A DNA stretch of 38,775 bases. Origin: a virus (lineage: Duplodnaviria > Caudoviricetes). The translations under genes were made by a program, and so were the position numbers. This document shows positions 18,856 to 27,685 of the stretch, piece after piece (position 1 is the stretch's first letter; each line of letters begins with the position of its first letter). The notes under the pieces were generated by a model. It saw nothing but the letters and a program-made list of their open reading frames with translations. It was not told where the DNA came from and did not search any database. The stretch spans positions 1-38,775 of IMG/VR virus record IMGVR_UViG_3300034001_000024, one strand, 5' to 3'.

Positions 18856-19776
18856 TTAGCAGTTGATGAGTAGGTTTTCGTTTTCCGCGATAGCCACTCG
18901 GTACTTCGCCAGAAGGAGCGCATCTGCCTCCGCAGACTGCGTGACCGCGACTCCCTGCTCGCCCTGTGTGCCCGCTTGTTTACCCGCTTGCTCTTCCACC
19001 GCGCAGACGGCCGGCTCTAGCTCGACCAGCAGCGCGTGGATATCCGTCATGCGGCGGCGATCAGAATCGCTGTTGCGCCGCCCTTCCTTCAGATCAGTGA
19101 TAAAAGATTTCAGTCCGTTGAAAAGCGCATCCATCGACTTGCCAGCTTCGAGCGCGCCATTCACATCGGCCAGCGTGGCCGGATTCATGCCCCACAGCAC
19201 GTCGCTGGTATCCCACAGCCGAACCTCTCTCAGGTTGCGGATGCGTAGCTCGTTGAGGGTGTCAGGATTGATAGTTTCGAAATCGTATTTGATAGCCGAG
19301 TAGCCATAGCTCATCTCGGTGATGGCTTTGTTGACGATGCCCTCGAGGATCTCGTCACCGCGCGGCGTCTTCAGATATTTGCGGCTGACGAACAGCCCGC
19401 CCGCCGCATCCGGCGCATAATCAAAAATCTCTTTCGGCAGTTCGTCTTTCGAGACTTCCTTGATGTCGAGGATGGCGGCAGTCGGCGGGTTGCTGAACGA
19501 GTGGTTCCACAGATGCTTTACGCGCTGGCGGCCTTCGTTCAGCGTCATGTTGAACGCGCCGGGGAAGCTGCGATCCGCGCCGTCGTCGATGTTGCCATGC
19601 ACAGCGACGATGCCATCTACCACGCGCTCATCAGCCACCGCGTTGCCGGCATCAGCAGCTTTCTTCCCCTGCGAGCCAGGCTGCGTGTAGAAGATCGGGA
19701 CGGACTTAAACTCACGCTCTGGCCCATCAGCCTTGAGCACGAGTTTTACGAAGTCTGTGAAGTTCTTGATTTCCAT
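18856..19776 (-). CDS. HK97-family prohead maturation protease
   Basis: HGNID...PGAF, LWNH, MSYGY and LWDTSDV..GMNP motifs. Confidence 0.9.
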   Translation of the reverse strand: MEIKNFTDFVKLVLKADGPEREFKSVPIFYTQPGSQGKKAADAGNAVADERVVDGIVAVHGNIDDGADRSFPGAFNMTLNEGRQRVKHLWNHSFSNPPTAAILDIKEVSKDELPKEIFDYAPDAAGGLFVSRKYLKTPRGDEILEGIVNKAITEMSYGYSAIKYDFETINPDTLNELRIRNLREVRLWDTSDVLWGMNPATLADVNGALEAGKSMDALFNGLKSFITDLKEGRRNSDSDRRRMTDIHALLVELEPAVCAVEEQAGKQAGTQGEQGVAVTQSAEADALLLAKYRVAIAENENLLINC

Positions 19777-19821
19777 CTGCCGTGTGCCTTCCCTGGATCG
19801 ATCAATCAACAGGCACGACGG

Positions 19822-19850
19822 ACAGTAGCATGCGGATTTGGAGCTGCTCG
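19822..19850 (-). promoter_or_regulatory. Candidate late promoter CGAGCAGCTC-N11-GC-TACTGT upstream of the protease
   Basis: Same 10-mer and identical spacing to a -10-like hexamer as upstream of the endolysin. Confidence 0.6.
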
Positions 19851-19861
19851 GCGGGCAACAG

Positions 19862-19891
19862 AAAGGGCAGCGACTATCGAGTCACTGCCCT
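19862..19891 (-). terminator. Hairpin / probable terminator upstream of the protease promoter
   Basis: AGGGCAGTGACT-cgat-AGTCGCTGCCCT followed by TTCTG on the minus strand. Confidence 0.5.
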
Positions 19892-19910
19892 CAAACTGCA
19901 TACAAAACTC

Positions 19911-19939
19911 TTGACAGATACATCAGAAGCTTCTAACAT
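19911..19939 (+). promoter_or_regulatory. Sigma70-type promoter TTGACA-17-TAACAT
   Basis: Consensus -35 at 19911-19916, 17-nt spacer, -10 at 19934-19939. Confidence 0.75.
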
Positions 19940-19945
19940 TTAGGC

Positions 19946-20355
19946 TGTCATCATTCGGCACGCTCTTTGAAAGTCTGACGCGCGATCTTTTCGGTACTCA
20001 CGTCTGTTGGATTATATGGTGAAGGGGAATACGGGAGGTCGACTTTTCGTTTAGCTTTTAATCTCGCGTATGCGAGATTCCGGGGTGTTTTCACTAAAAA
20101 CACGTTCGTCTGATAGGATCAATGGGAGTCAGTTGGCAAGTGAAAAAGGCGCAGTGCAGCTTTTGGGTGCAGCGGAGTAACATGGATTGATCGCAGGTTT
20201 GGAGGCGCTCCCCTTCGTGCCGCCAAACTGTTATAACCAATCCACAGCAATTACCCATCGGCCATCAGCCAGTAATTGCAGATCGCGTGCTCAGACTGTG
20301 CCCATTTTCAAGATTTGAAAAAGGCCAGTCGTGAAGATCACGACTGGCCTTTTTT
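19946..20355 (+). ncRNA. Putative structured non-coding RNA of about 400 nt, family unknown
   Basis: Bounded by a consensus promoter and a strong terminator; no ORF of 60 aa or more; 5'/3' ends pair (19957-19988 with 20280-20302); several internal hairpins. Confidence 0.6.
20318..20355. terminator. Bidirectional intrinsic terminator
   Basis: AAAAA-GGCCAGTCGTGA-aga-TCACGACTGGCC-TTTTTT. Confidence 0.85.
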
Positions 20356-20584
20356 CGTGTTTATTGAGTTTTCAGTGGGGCTAACCACTGGAACCCCGGC
20401 CACAAGCGTGGTCGGTAGTATAGCGGGGGTAGGGTTGCCGAAGGTTTGCGTCCGAGGCAACCCACCCCTGGGTCTGGGGTCTTACCCTGGGGTAAGACCT
20501 CATGGGTCATGTGTGAACGTGACCCCCATGGGTTAAATTCTAGCACATCGGGGCTAAATTTAACCTAGAAAGTCGAGCAAGACC

Positions 20585-20683
20585 ATGATGGTGTGGTTGA
20601 TACCCCTGGGTATCGTGGCTCTTGCTGTCATTATCTTCCTCCTCCGGCTGGATAAAATCCAGCTACACTTCCGAAAGAAGTGA
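20585..20683 (+). CDS. 32-aa single-TM peptide, type I toxin-like (MMVWLIPLGIVALAVIIFLLRLDKIQLHFRKK)
   Basis: Translated by hand (below the ORF-track cutoff); 20-residue hydrophobic helix plus basic tail; heavily structured upstream region; terminator downstream. Confidence 0.6.
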   Translation: MMVWLIPLGIVALAVIIFLLRLDKIQLHFRKK

Positions 20684-20707
20684 GCAGGAAGACTGCGGCG
20701 ATAGCCT

Positions 20708-20748
20708 CTAAAACAGCTGCGCGCTCGTAAGGGCCGCAGCTGTTTTAG
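20708..20748. terminator. Bidirectional terminator between the small peptide and the portal 3' end
   Basis: CTAAAACAGCTGCG / CGCAGCTGTTTTAG 14-bp inverted repeat overlapping the portal stop. Confidence 0.75.
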
Positions 20749-22112
20749 CCGCCTGCTGGCGTAGGCTGCGTCTCAGGCTTGCCATCGCGCGCCTGACCAA
20801 TCTCTGCCGCAGGTACGACGCTGAATTTTGAGGGTAGGTAGTAGACGTCCCCGCCATCTGCTGGCTTCTTACCGACATCAGCCAGATACTGGTTTAGGGT
20901 CAATGCGCCACCCTGCAGCCCTTCGAGCGCCCGCTTGTGCCTATCATTCAAGTCCTCCTGCAGCGCCATCACCGTGTCCATATTCCAGAACACTCGGATG
21001 CGGCCAGCGAGTATAGCTTCCATCGGCTCGAACTCTGAGAGCAGCACCATGGTCAGGAAGTGCCGCCAGCGCGTGAAGAGCGGCGACATCTTGTTAACCC
21101 AGAAGTCCTCCATCGCAGCTTTCGCTGATGCGCGGTTGTTCTGCTGCTTGAGGCCGACGTACGCGCCAACCAGGATGGGCGGCACTCCAAAGACCCCGCA
21201 CAATCTGGCCTCGAATTGCTGGCGCAGTTCGCTGGATTCGATCTCATTGAGATTCGCGCCGATCTTCTGATACGTCATCTCATCGTCGAGTACAGCCGGC
21301 CCGCCGCCGGCACCGCGGCGACCGTAGCGATTCATCCAGCCCTGCCGCATCTGCTCGGCCTTATCAGGTGGGACGACTTTCTTCGACTGGATCACGCCTG
21401 ACGGCTGGCCGCCGCCTGCGAAGAAACTCCGCACGAAGTCGGTTTGTGCCGCATCAGCATCGGCTGAGCCGAGCGCGACGAGTAGCGGCGGCAATCCGCC
21501 ATGTGGGTTGGTCAGATCAAGCGCGCGGCGCACCAGCATGTTCTCAATCGGGATGCGGCGCGTGCGGCCGTTGTCGCGCCACTCGTACTCGACCAGGTCG
21601 CCTTCGCGCGTCACGATGGGCGTAACCTTCGCAGGGTTGAGCGGCCAAAGCTCGATGGGTAGGCCGAGATCGTTGCGTACGATCTCAGCATAGAACTCGC
21701 CCGCGATGTGCTCCGAAACGACCCATGCGCGACGGAAGTCAATCTCGTCAATGTGCGGGTTCGGACGCGCGAGCAGAGCCACGAGCGGATGCGCCGCGTA
21801 GTGCACGCTGTTCCAGTCCACCCATTCGCCGTCCGAGTTGCGCTCCTGAATGACTAGCACGGGATCCATGGACGCATCAGCGATCTTCTCCGTGCATGAG
21901 AAGACCAGCTCGCTGCGGCGCTGCCACGTCATCAGGGATGCTTTGTCGTGGTCGGGACGCTTCGCCCTGCCATGCACGCCGATGCGCATGATGGTCGTGC
22001 TCTGCTGCCGCGCCTTCTCCTGCAGGAATTCGATCTGCGCGTCTGAGACTTTGCTGCGCTCCATGCTGCTGAAGTCCGGCCGTGGAATGAGTGCCGTTGA
22101 TTTCTGTTCCAT
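20745..22112 (-). CDS. Phage portal protein, HK97 family
   Basis: LLARPNP, ELWPLNP, GLPPL, FFAGGGQPSG and FGVPPILVG motifs. Confidence 0.93.
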   Translation of the reverse strand: MEQKSTALIPRPDFSSMERSKVSDAQIEFLQEKARQQSTTIMRIGVHGRAKRPDHDKASLMTWQRRSELVFSCTEKIADASMDPVLVIQERNSDGEWVDWNSVHYAAHPLVALLARPNPHIDEIDFRRAWVVSEHIAGEFYAEIVRNDLGLPIELWPLNPAKVTPIVTREGDLVEYEWRDNGRTRRIPIENMLVRRALDLTNPHGGLPPLLVALGSADADAAQTDFVRSFFAGGGQPSGVIQSKKVVPPDKAEQMRQGWMNRYGRRGAGGGPAVLDDEMTYQKIGANLNEIESSELRQQFEARLCGVFGVPPILVGAYVGLKQQNNRASAKAAMEDFWVNKMSPLFTRWRHFLTMVLLSEFEPMEAILAGRIRVFWNMDTVMALQEDLNDRHKRALEGLQGGALTLNQYLADVGKKPADGGDVYYLPSKFSVVPAAEIGQARDGKPETQPTPAGG

Positions 22113-22133
22113 ATTACCTGCCCTCGCTCGCTC

Positions 22134-23606
22134 TTAAATTGCGTTGCCGCCCATGAAGACTTGGCTCGCCAGCCAGTTGAAACATCCCGCTCCCGCATCC
22201 ACCTGGTCATCATTCTTGCCGGTTGGGAACGCGCAGTGCTCGTTGATGAACACACCGTTCCATGTGCCGCGCAGTAATTTTACGTTGCCCACCTGTTGCT
22301 GACTGGCGTACGCCGATGCGTTCGTCGTCTTGCTGCCGCGCTCGACCGCGCGTTCCGTATCTACCGAGAATCCGTTGAGCAGCCGGATGAACGCAGCCGC
22401 GTCGCGCTTGCCTGATGCGCCGCCCTCCTCTTCGCCGCGCGTATGAACGAATCCATAGTTGATGCGATCCAACTCGGCCGTCTGCCGGATGATGTTATCG
22501 AGCGCGGCTTCACCCCACTGCCCGCGAACCACATCGCATACCCAGTACGTGCTGTCCGAAGCCAAGGCCATGAGCACGCCGACCGAGAAGTCGCCACCAC
22601 CTTCCGTCGCGGCCTTATCCCAGAACCTAATGAACCTGCATCCGGCAGGCAGCGCATCAAGAATCTGAAACTTGTCGCGCTTGAACATGCCGCCCTGTCG
22701 TGGGCTTGGATTCTGCTGGTAAATGGCCTCCCACTCGTAGTCGCCGGTGTTCGCGCGCTTGCGCTCCATCTTCCGTTGCGAGTAGCGCCCGGGCACAGCC
22801 GTCTGTCCGGCGGGTCGTCCAAGCGGGTCGCCTTCGCCTTCACTAAAGCAAGGGATCTTATTGACCACCCACTTGTCGCCGCCCTGCTTTTCCATCTCTA
22901 GCAGGCGGCCGACGTGGTCGTCATGGTGCCAGCGCGTGTTCTGCATGATCACCGCGCTGTGCGGGGCGAGACGCGGGTAAAGCGATCCCTGCCACCACTC
23001 CCAAACGGTCTCGCGCATCACTTCGGACTCGGCTTCCTTGCGTCCCTTAAAGAGGTCGTCAAGGATCAGCACATCGCAGGGATTGCCCGTACCGCCGCCG
23101 ACGCCAACCGCCAGGAAGCTGCCGCCCTCTTCGAGCGCCCACTCGTTCTTCGCCTTGGAGTCGCTGCGGATGTCGAGGATGCCGCGAGCAGCTTCGCGCG
23201 CCCAGCCCGATATGCGTCGCGCATGCTCTTTGTTATAAGAGCCGACGATGATGCGTAAGCTAGGATTGAGGCTTAAGAGCCAGACTGGGAAGTAGACGGA
23301 TGCCAGCCACGTCTTGCCCCACTGCGGCGGCATGAAGTTCATCATCCGGTCGTACTCTCCGCGCGCCACAGCTTCGAGCTGCTCGGCCAGATAGCGGACG
23401 TACGCCCACTCGGTGTTGAACTTCGGATTGATGCGCTGGCAGAAGCGAAGGAATGCGCCGGGCACGAACGGCGGGACGAGCGCGCCGTCAGTCATCACGC
23501 TGCCGGACATGAGCCGCATGAACTCTGCGCGCTCCGCCAGCGACATCTCGGCACACAGCTCGACGATCTCGTCTTCAGTGAACTCGTCTAAGACTGCAGC
23601 GGTCAT
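22134..23606 (-). CDS. terL: Terminase large subunit
   Basis: Walker A MPPQWGKT, Walker B VLILDD, TRWHHDD, YQQNP and nuclease DDQVDA motifs. Confidence 0.93.
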   Translation of the reverse strand: MTAAVLDEFTEDEIVELCAEMSLAERAEFMRLMSGSVMTDGALVPPFVPGAFLRFCQRINPKFNTEWAYVRYLAEQLEAVARGEYDRMMNFMPPQWGKTWLASVYFPVWLLSLNPSLRIIVGSYNKEHARRISGWAREAARGILDIRSDSKAKNEWALEEGGSFLAVGVGGGTGNPCDVLILDDLFKGRKEAESEVMRETVWEWWQGSLYPRLAPHSAVIMQNTRWHHDDHVGRLLEMEKQGGDKWVVNKIPCFSEGEGDPLGRPAGQTAVPGRYSQRKMERKRANTGDYEWEAIYQQNPSPRQGGMFKRDKFQILDALPAGCRFIRFWDKAATEGGGDFSVGVLMALASDSTYWVCDVVRGQWGEAALDNIIRQTAELDRINYGFVHTRGEEEGGASGKRDAAAFIRLLNGFSVDTERAVERGSKTTNASAYASQQQVGNVKLLRGTWNGVFINEHCAFPTGKNDDQVDAGAGCFNWLASQVFMGGNAI

Positions 23607-24199
23607 GGCGCATCGTCGTCCTCAGCATCGTCGCCTACTTCATCAGCAGGTGCAGATGCTTTGGCCTCCTTCCGCGCCCGCATCTTTCGCAGCATGTCGG
23701 CGGCCTGTCTGGCGCAGGCTTCAGGTGAGAGCGGGTCGATGTCTTTGCCGGCCGTGTCGGTGAGGGCCAGCTTATCCGGCGCATCCATGCCGAGCATGTC
23801 GGACTCACGCTTCCAGCAGTCGAGGAGGACTTTCGCCCATCGTGGATCCGATGCCGACTCGCTGATCTTTTTGGACATGCGGTCAAAGGCAGCGCCATCG
23901 CGCGTGCCCTCTTCCTTCATGGCCTCGTACATCTCGCGGTTCGTCTTGTGCAGCATCCGCCAGGCGTGCTTTTCCAGCTTGCTGACTTTCTGCAGCGTGC
24001 GCGCCTTCCGCTTCGTGATCTTCTCGATGGACGCCTTCTGCCAGCGGCGCTCTAGCTCTTTGATATCAGCGCCGATCTGCTGGCGGCTGACGCCGATGGC
24101 GTCCGCGATCTCCTGCTGCGTCATGTTTTCGAGATACATGTCCGCCGTGCGATCAAGATCGCGCTCCCGCTCAAAGTCTGTTCGCTTAGGCGCTGCCAT
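23603..24199 (-). CDS. terS: Terminase small subunit (HTH)
   Basis: N-terminal HTH MTQQEIADAIGVSRQQI and LGMDAPDK motif; directly upstream of terL. Confidence 0.75.
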   Translation of the reverse strand: MAAPKRTDFERERDLDRTADMYLENMTQQEIADAIGVSRQQIGADIKELERRWQKASIEKITKRKARTLQKVSKLEKHAWRMLHKTNREMYEAMKEEGTRDGAAFDRMSKKISESASDPRWAKVLLDCWKRESDMLGMDAPDKLALTDTAGKDIDPLSPEACARQAADMLRKMRARKEAKASAPADEVGDDAEDDDAP

Positions 24200-24201
24200 C
24201 G

Positions 24202-24375
24202 CTATATCAGATCCATTATCTCTTCGAGCAACTCCCGCCCGGCGCCGGCAGGTACGGCTGGCTTAGGCGGCTCGTCCGGCCTCCTGATCGCGAGTTTGCC
24301 GTCCGGTGTCTCTTCGACTTCCAGCTTCTCCAACTGGCCGAGCAGGTGCTCGAATTTCTCATCCTGCTCCGTCAT
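24202..24375 (-). CDS. Hypothetical 57-aa protein (MTEQDEKFEHLLGQ...)
   Basis: Translated by hand; fills the gap with ATGA overlap to the upstream ORF and ends 2 nt before terS. Confidence 0.6.
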   Translation of the reverse strand: MTEQDEKFEHLLGQLEKLEVEETPDGKLAIRRPDEPPKPAVPAGAGRELLEEIMDLI

Positions 24376-24584
24376 CCCACTTCGCCGAGATCGATGTAAC
24401 TATCCGCATCCTCACGAAACTGCGACGCCTCCATCGGCCGCACCTCGCGCGTAACGATTGTGTGCGTGCCGCGCTTGTGATCCTTGATGTGCGAGATCAT
24501 TGTGCTGCCATCGACGATGGTGTGCGTCTCGCATGAGAGCGCGCCGTCGTCGTCGTACTCGCGGATGTTCGTGATGCGCTTCAC
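24372..24584 (-). CDS. Hypothetical 70-aa protein
   Basis: Coupled overlaps on both sides. Confidence 0.6.
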   Translation of the reverse strand: MKRITNIREYDDDGALSCETHTIVDGSTMISHIKDHKRGTHTIVTREVRPMEASQFREDADSYIDLGEVG

Positions 24585-24901
24585 AGTGCCGTCCCTTCAA
24601 TATCGAGCACCTGCTCTGTGGGTTGCTGGACGGCAGTCAGTCTCGCCAGCTCCTCTTCCGCCAGCAGCCGCATCTCTTCGATGATGCTGTCCAGGTGCTC
24701 CTGTGCATCCTGGCCATCCTCTGCGACTGCCCAGTCACGCTGGATGACGTAACGCGGGTCGGGCACGGACGGACGGTTATCTTTCGCACCAGCCTTGGGT
24801 GCTGGCAGATCCGGATCGGGTACGTGCCGGTCGGTGTCGATATGCAGGGCGATGCGGATGTTGCCGCCCACGACACGCGCCTGTAAGACTTTCATAGCCA
24901 T
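24581..24901 (-). CDS. Hypothetical protein (possible fibre chaperone)
   Basis: Follows the repeat-rich fibre-like gene; GAGAGGGG RBS. Confidence 0.55.
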   Translation of the reverse strand: MAMKVLQARVVGGNIRIALHIDTDRHVPDPDLPAPKAGAKDNRPSVPDPRYVIQRDWAVAEDGQDAQEHLDSIIEEMRLLAEEELARLTAVQQPTEQVLDIEGTAL

Positions 24902-24935
24902 TTCTGTATTCCCCTCTCGCCACAGCATGTGGCGC

Positions 24936-26825
24936 TTACATCAGCGCTTTGAGCACGACGCTATATGTCCAACTGCCCGCTCCGTTATGCAGGACTCGGA
25001 AGTAAAGTCGGTCGCTGATCGGCATGTTGTAATGCTTGATGTGCGTCGCATCATCCTGCACGACCGTATCAATGCCCGGATAAATCACCAGATCAAATAG
25101 GGCGCGTGATGCGTAAGCTCCATCCGGGATGGTCTGCGAGGCGAATGGTAGAGGCGGCTGCCCGGCACCCTGGTCCCTGCCCATGACCTCCAGCGTCAGC
25201 GTGCTGCCGTTGTTCGGCCCGGCGGTCACAGCTATCTGCAGTCGAATGCCACGAGCACCGGGCGTATCCATCGACATCACTGATGGCGTGGTCGTCCTAG
25301 CAGCTGAGGCCAGCAGAGTAGCTAGGACACCATTTACGTTAACGGCGCGCCAACTGTCGCCGATCCCATCATGTCCAGCTATCGCCGCGACTGTCATCAG
25401 TCCCCTGGTCGAGCCGCTGATCAGCCCAGCCACGCCGATGCTGAGGTTGTTGGTTACGGCCGGCTCTTGACCAGATGAGTTCAGCAATACCGCCGGGTGT
25501 CGGTTAGAGTTGAGCGCTGCCAGTCCGCCGTTGAGGAGCGTGCGGATGCGCTTTAAGAGCGCGATCACTGTGCCGTTACCGGCAGCGGCCTCCGCATCCG
25601 TTGTAGTGCCGATAGTGACAGCCGCGCCATCAGCAATCGTCACTGCGCCGCCACCTCCGCCGCCTCCCACCGTCTGAACGACGTCCACCTTGAGAGCCTT
25701 CGCACCACCGACATCCGAGATGCCAACATCTGAGACTCCATCAGTAATGCGAGACTTTTGCGATCCGTCTGTTAGGGCTGTGATGATGGCGTCAATGCGC
25801 GTGCGGACGCGCTTAGCGATAGCGATGAGCGAGCCGTTGCCAGCCGCTTCTGCATCAGTCGTCGCGCCCAGCGCCACGCTGCCGCCATCAACCGTCGTGA
25901 TGGCTTGGCTGGCAGGGAAGTTTTGAATGTGCGCCTTGAGGCCGCCATCCGCATCCAGTGCTGCAGGCAAGCCACCGCCGAGCTTTGTGATCTGGCTATC
26001 GAGCAGGGTGCGAAGACGCTTTAAGAGCGCCACCACCGTGCCGTTGCCAGCAGCCGCCTCTGCATCAGTCGTCGCGCCGAGTGCCGCATCAGAACCATCA
26101 GCCACCGAGACGGCCTGCGTGGCCGGAAAGTTATTCACTCCGACCGTGCCTGAAACTGGCTGCGTAGCGGGCAGGTTATCGACGACGACGCTCTGCTGCG
26201 CGGGGAAGTTCTGCACCGCCACATTCTGTGTTGCGGGCAGATTCTGGACATGCGCTTTAATGCCCCCATCCGCATCCAGTGCGCCGGGCAGGCGGTTAGT
26301 AACGAGCGTGACGATGTCGCCGAGTAACGTGCGCAGGCGTTTCGTGATAGCGATTAAGCTACCGTTGCCGGTCGCTTCCACATCGACGCGCTGGCCCAGT
26401 GCTGCGATAGCGCCGTCAGCCGCCGTGACCGCCTGTTCAGCAGGAATGTTGCCGACATTGACTGTGCCTGAAACCGGCTGCGTAGCAGGAAAGTTCTGCA
26501 CCGCCACGTTCTGCGTGGCCGGCAGGTTCGTGACCTGCGTCTTCTGCGTGCCGTCAGTCAGCGTGGTCAGGATGCTACTGAGCAGCGTACGCAGGCGCTT
26601 GAGCAGCGCGATCACCGTGCCGTTGCCGGCAGCAGCTTCCGCATCGGTGGTAGTGCCCTGCGCCACATCAGCACCGTCTGCGATAGTCGTTGCGCCACCC
26701 CCGCCGCCACCAGCCGATGGATTAACGACATACACGGCCGGCGCTACTGTGCCATCGCCGTTGTCGTGAATCTTCTGCTGCTTCTGCCCGTCGTCGGTGA
26801 AGATTCTCTTTGTTGTGTCCGCCAT
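24936..26825 (-). CDS. Repeat-rich fibre/whisker-like structural protein (629 aa)
   Basis: Five copies of DG..xGxxxDxEA..GNG(T/S)xxAxxKRxRT, NFPATQ/NLPATQ repeats, poly-Gly hinges and a beta-rich C-terminal domain. Confidence 0.65.
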   Translation of the reverse strand: MADTTKRIFTDDGQKQQKIHDNGDGTVAPAVYVVNPSAGGGGGGATTIADGADVAQGTTTDAEAAAGNGTVIALLKRLRTLLSSILTTLTDGTQKTQVTNLPATQNVAVQNFPATQPVSGTVNVGNIPAEQAVTAADGAIAALGQRVDVEATGNGSLIAITKRLRTLLGDIVTLVTNRLPGALDADGGIKAHVQNLPATQNVAVQNFPAQQSVVVDNLPATQPVSGTVGVNNFPATQAVSVADGSDAALGATTDAEAAAGNGTVVALLKRLRTLLDSQITKLGGGLPAALDADGGLKAHIQNFPASQAITTVDGGSVALGATTDAEAAGNGSLIAIAKRVRTRIDAIITALTDGSQKSRITDGVSDVGISDVGGAKALKVDVVQTVGGGGGGGAVTIADGAAVTIGTTTDAEAAAGNGTVIALLKRIRTLLNGGLAALNSNRHPAVLLNSSGQEPAVTNNLSIGVAGLISGSTRGLMTVAAIAGHDGIGDSWRAVNVNGVLATLLASAARTTTPSVMSMDTPGARGIRLQIAVTAGPNNGSTLTLEVMGRDQGAGQPPLPFASQTIPDGAYASRALFDLVIYPGIDTVVQDDATHIKHYNMPISDRLYFRVLHNGAGSWTYSVVLKALM

Positions 26826-26830
26826 GTTCC

Positions 26831-27400
26831 CTACTCCTTGCTCACGCCCTGCGCCGCCAGGTTGCTGCTATCAACAGGCTTCAGTACCGTTGTCGTTTGC
26901 ACAACAGCCGCAACTTCTGTCGGCATGGGCGGGTCTGTTGACCGTCGGCCAAAATTCAGCATGTTCGGAGGGAGCGGCTCGATGAGATCAGAGATGTCTT
27001 CATGCGCGACCATAGCTCGCAGGCGCCTATAAGCCGCGTACAACAAGCTGTACTGATTGATCATGAAGTCGTACCGCGATTCCAGAATCGTGTAGCGTGC
27101 CTCCAGCTTCACGTAATCCGCATCGGCCTTGTCCGCCTTGTCGCAGGCCGCCTTCACTTCCACGCGTAGTGCCTTGATCTCTTCGCGGAAGGAGGCGCGC
27201 TCCGAGGCATCGTCATCGATCTGCTTGATGCGAACGCTGGCCTGCCCATCGATGCGCTTATCGCGCTGCGCCGCCCATCGCTGCGCGAGCCACAACAGCA
27301 AGCCACCCACGCCAAGCGCGGCCATGAGCGCAGCCAGCAGCGTGATCGGATGAACCGCCACGCTGCTAGAAGATGCCTGCATTAGAATTGCCGTCCCCAT
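26831..27400 (-). CDS. Membrane-anchored coiled-coil lysis-cassette protein (spanin- or holin-like)
   Basis: N-terminal TM (LLAALMAALGVGGLLLWLA) then coiled coil; two genes downstream of the endolysin. Confidence 0.55.
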   Translation of the reverse strand: MGTAILMQASSSSVAVHPITLLAALMAALGVGGLLLWLAQRWAAQRDKRIDGQASVRIKQIDDDASERASFREEIKALRVEVKAACDKADKADADYVKLEARYTILESRYDFMINQYSLLYAAYRRLRAMVAHEDISDLIEPLPPNMLNFGRRSTDPPMPTEVAAVVQTTTVLKPVDSSNLAAQGVSKE

Positions 27401-27426
27401 GAACCCCTTGCTCTTTCTATCTCCGG

Positions 27427-27648
27427 TTACGCATTGACCATCTCCATGCATTCGCAGCATGCGCCCCGCTGCTTTAGCGTTTCCTTCAGTTGAATGATCT
27501 CCAGTAGCATGTCGACCGCGCGATCTTCAGCTTGCTGCAGCCTTGCCATCTCCTCCCTAACTTCATCGAACAGCCCGGCGATGCGCTGTTCAATCTCCTC
27601 CGCCTTGCTGCAAACAACCGACATGATTAGTAAGCTCCCGCCATCCAC
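27427..27648 (-). CDS. Small coiled-coil hypothetical protein
   Basis: ORF within the lysis cassette; start uncertain. Confidence 0.45.
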   Translation of the reverse strand: MDGGSLLIMSVVCSKAEEIEQRIAGLFDEVREEMARLQQAEDRAVDMLLEIIQLKETLKQRGACCECMEMVNA

Positions 27649-27685
27649 CCTGCGCTGGTTTCATTTCCGCCAGCGCCGCTACTAT

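Noticed and set aside
19926-19936. Self-target of the mini-array spacer (TTA + GAAGCTT on the minus strand in the ncRNA promoter)
   Set aside because: Only 7 nt match; expected by chance in a sequence of this size.
19946-20355. Assignment of the structured RNA as tmRNA, tRNA, 6S, RNase P or a self-splicing intron
   Set aside because: No tRNA-like acceptor or T-arm ends and no recognisable conserved cores; having its own promoter and terminator argues against an intron.
20276-20546. ORFs 20276-20536 (+) and 20361-20546 (-)
   Set aside because: One crosses a strong terminator and both run through stacked hairpins with implausible composition; better explained as structured RNA.
23376-23385. 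Extra GAGCTGCTC copies in terL and in the endolysin (27747-27755)
   Set aside because: They simply encode Glu-Gln-Leu and lack the -10-like hexamer at the conserved spacing.
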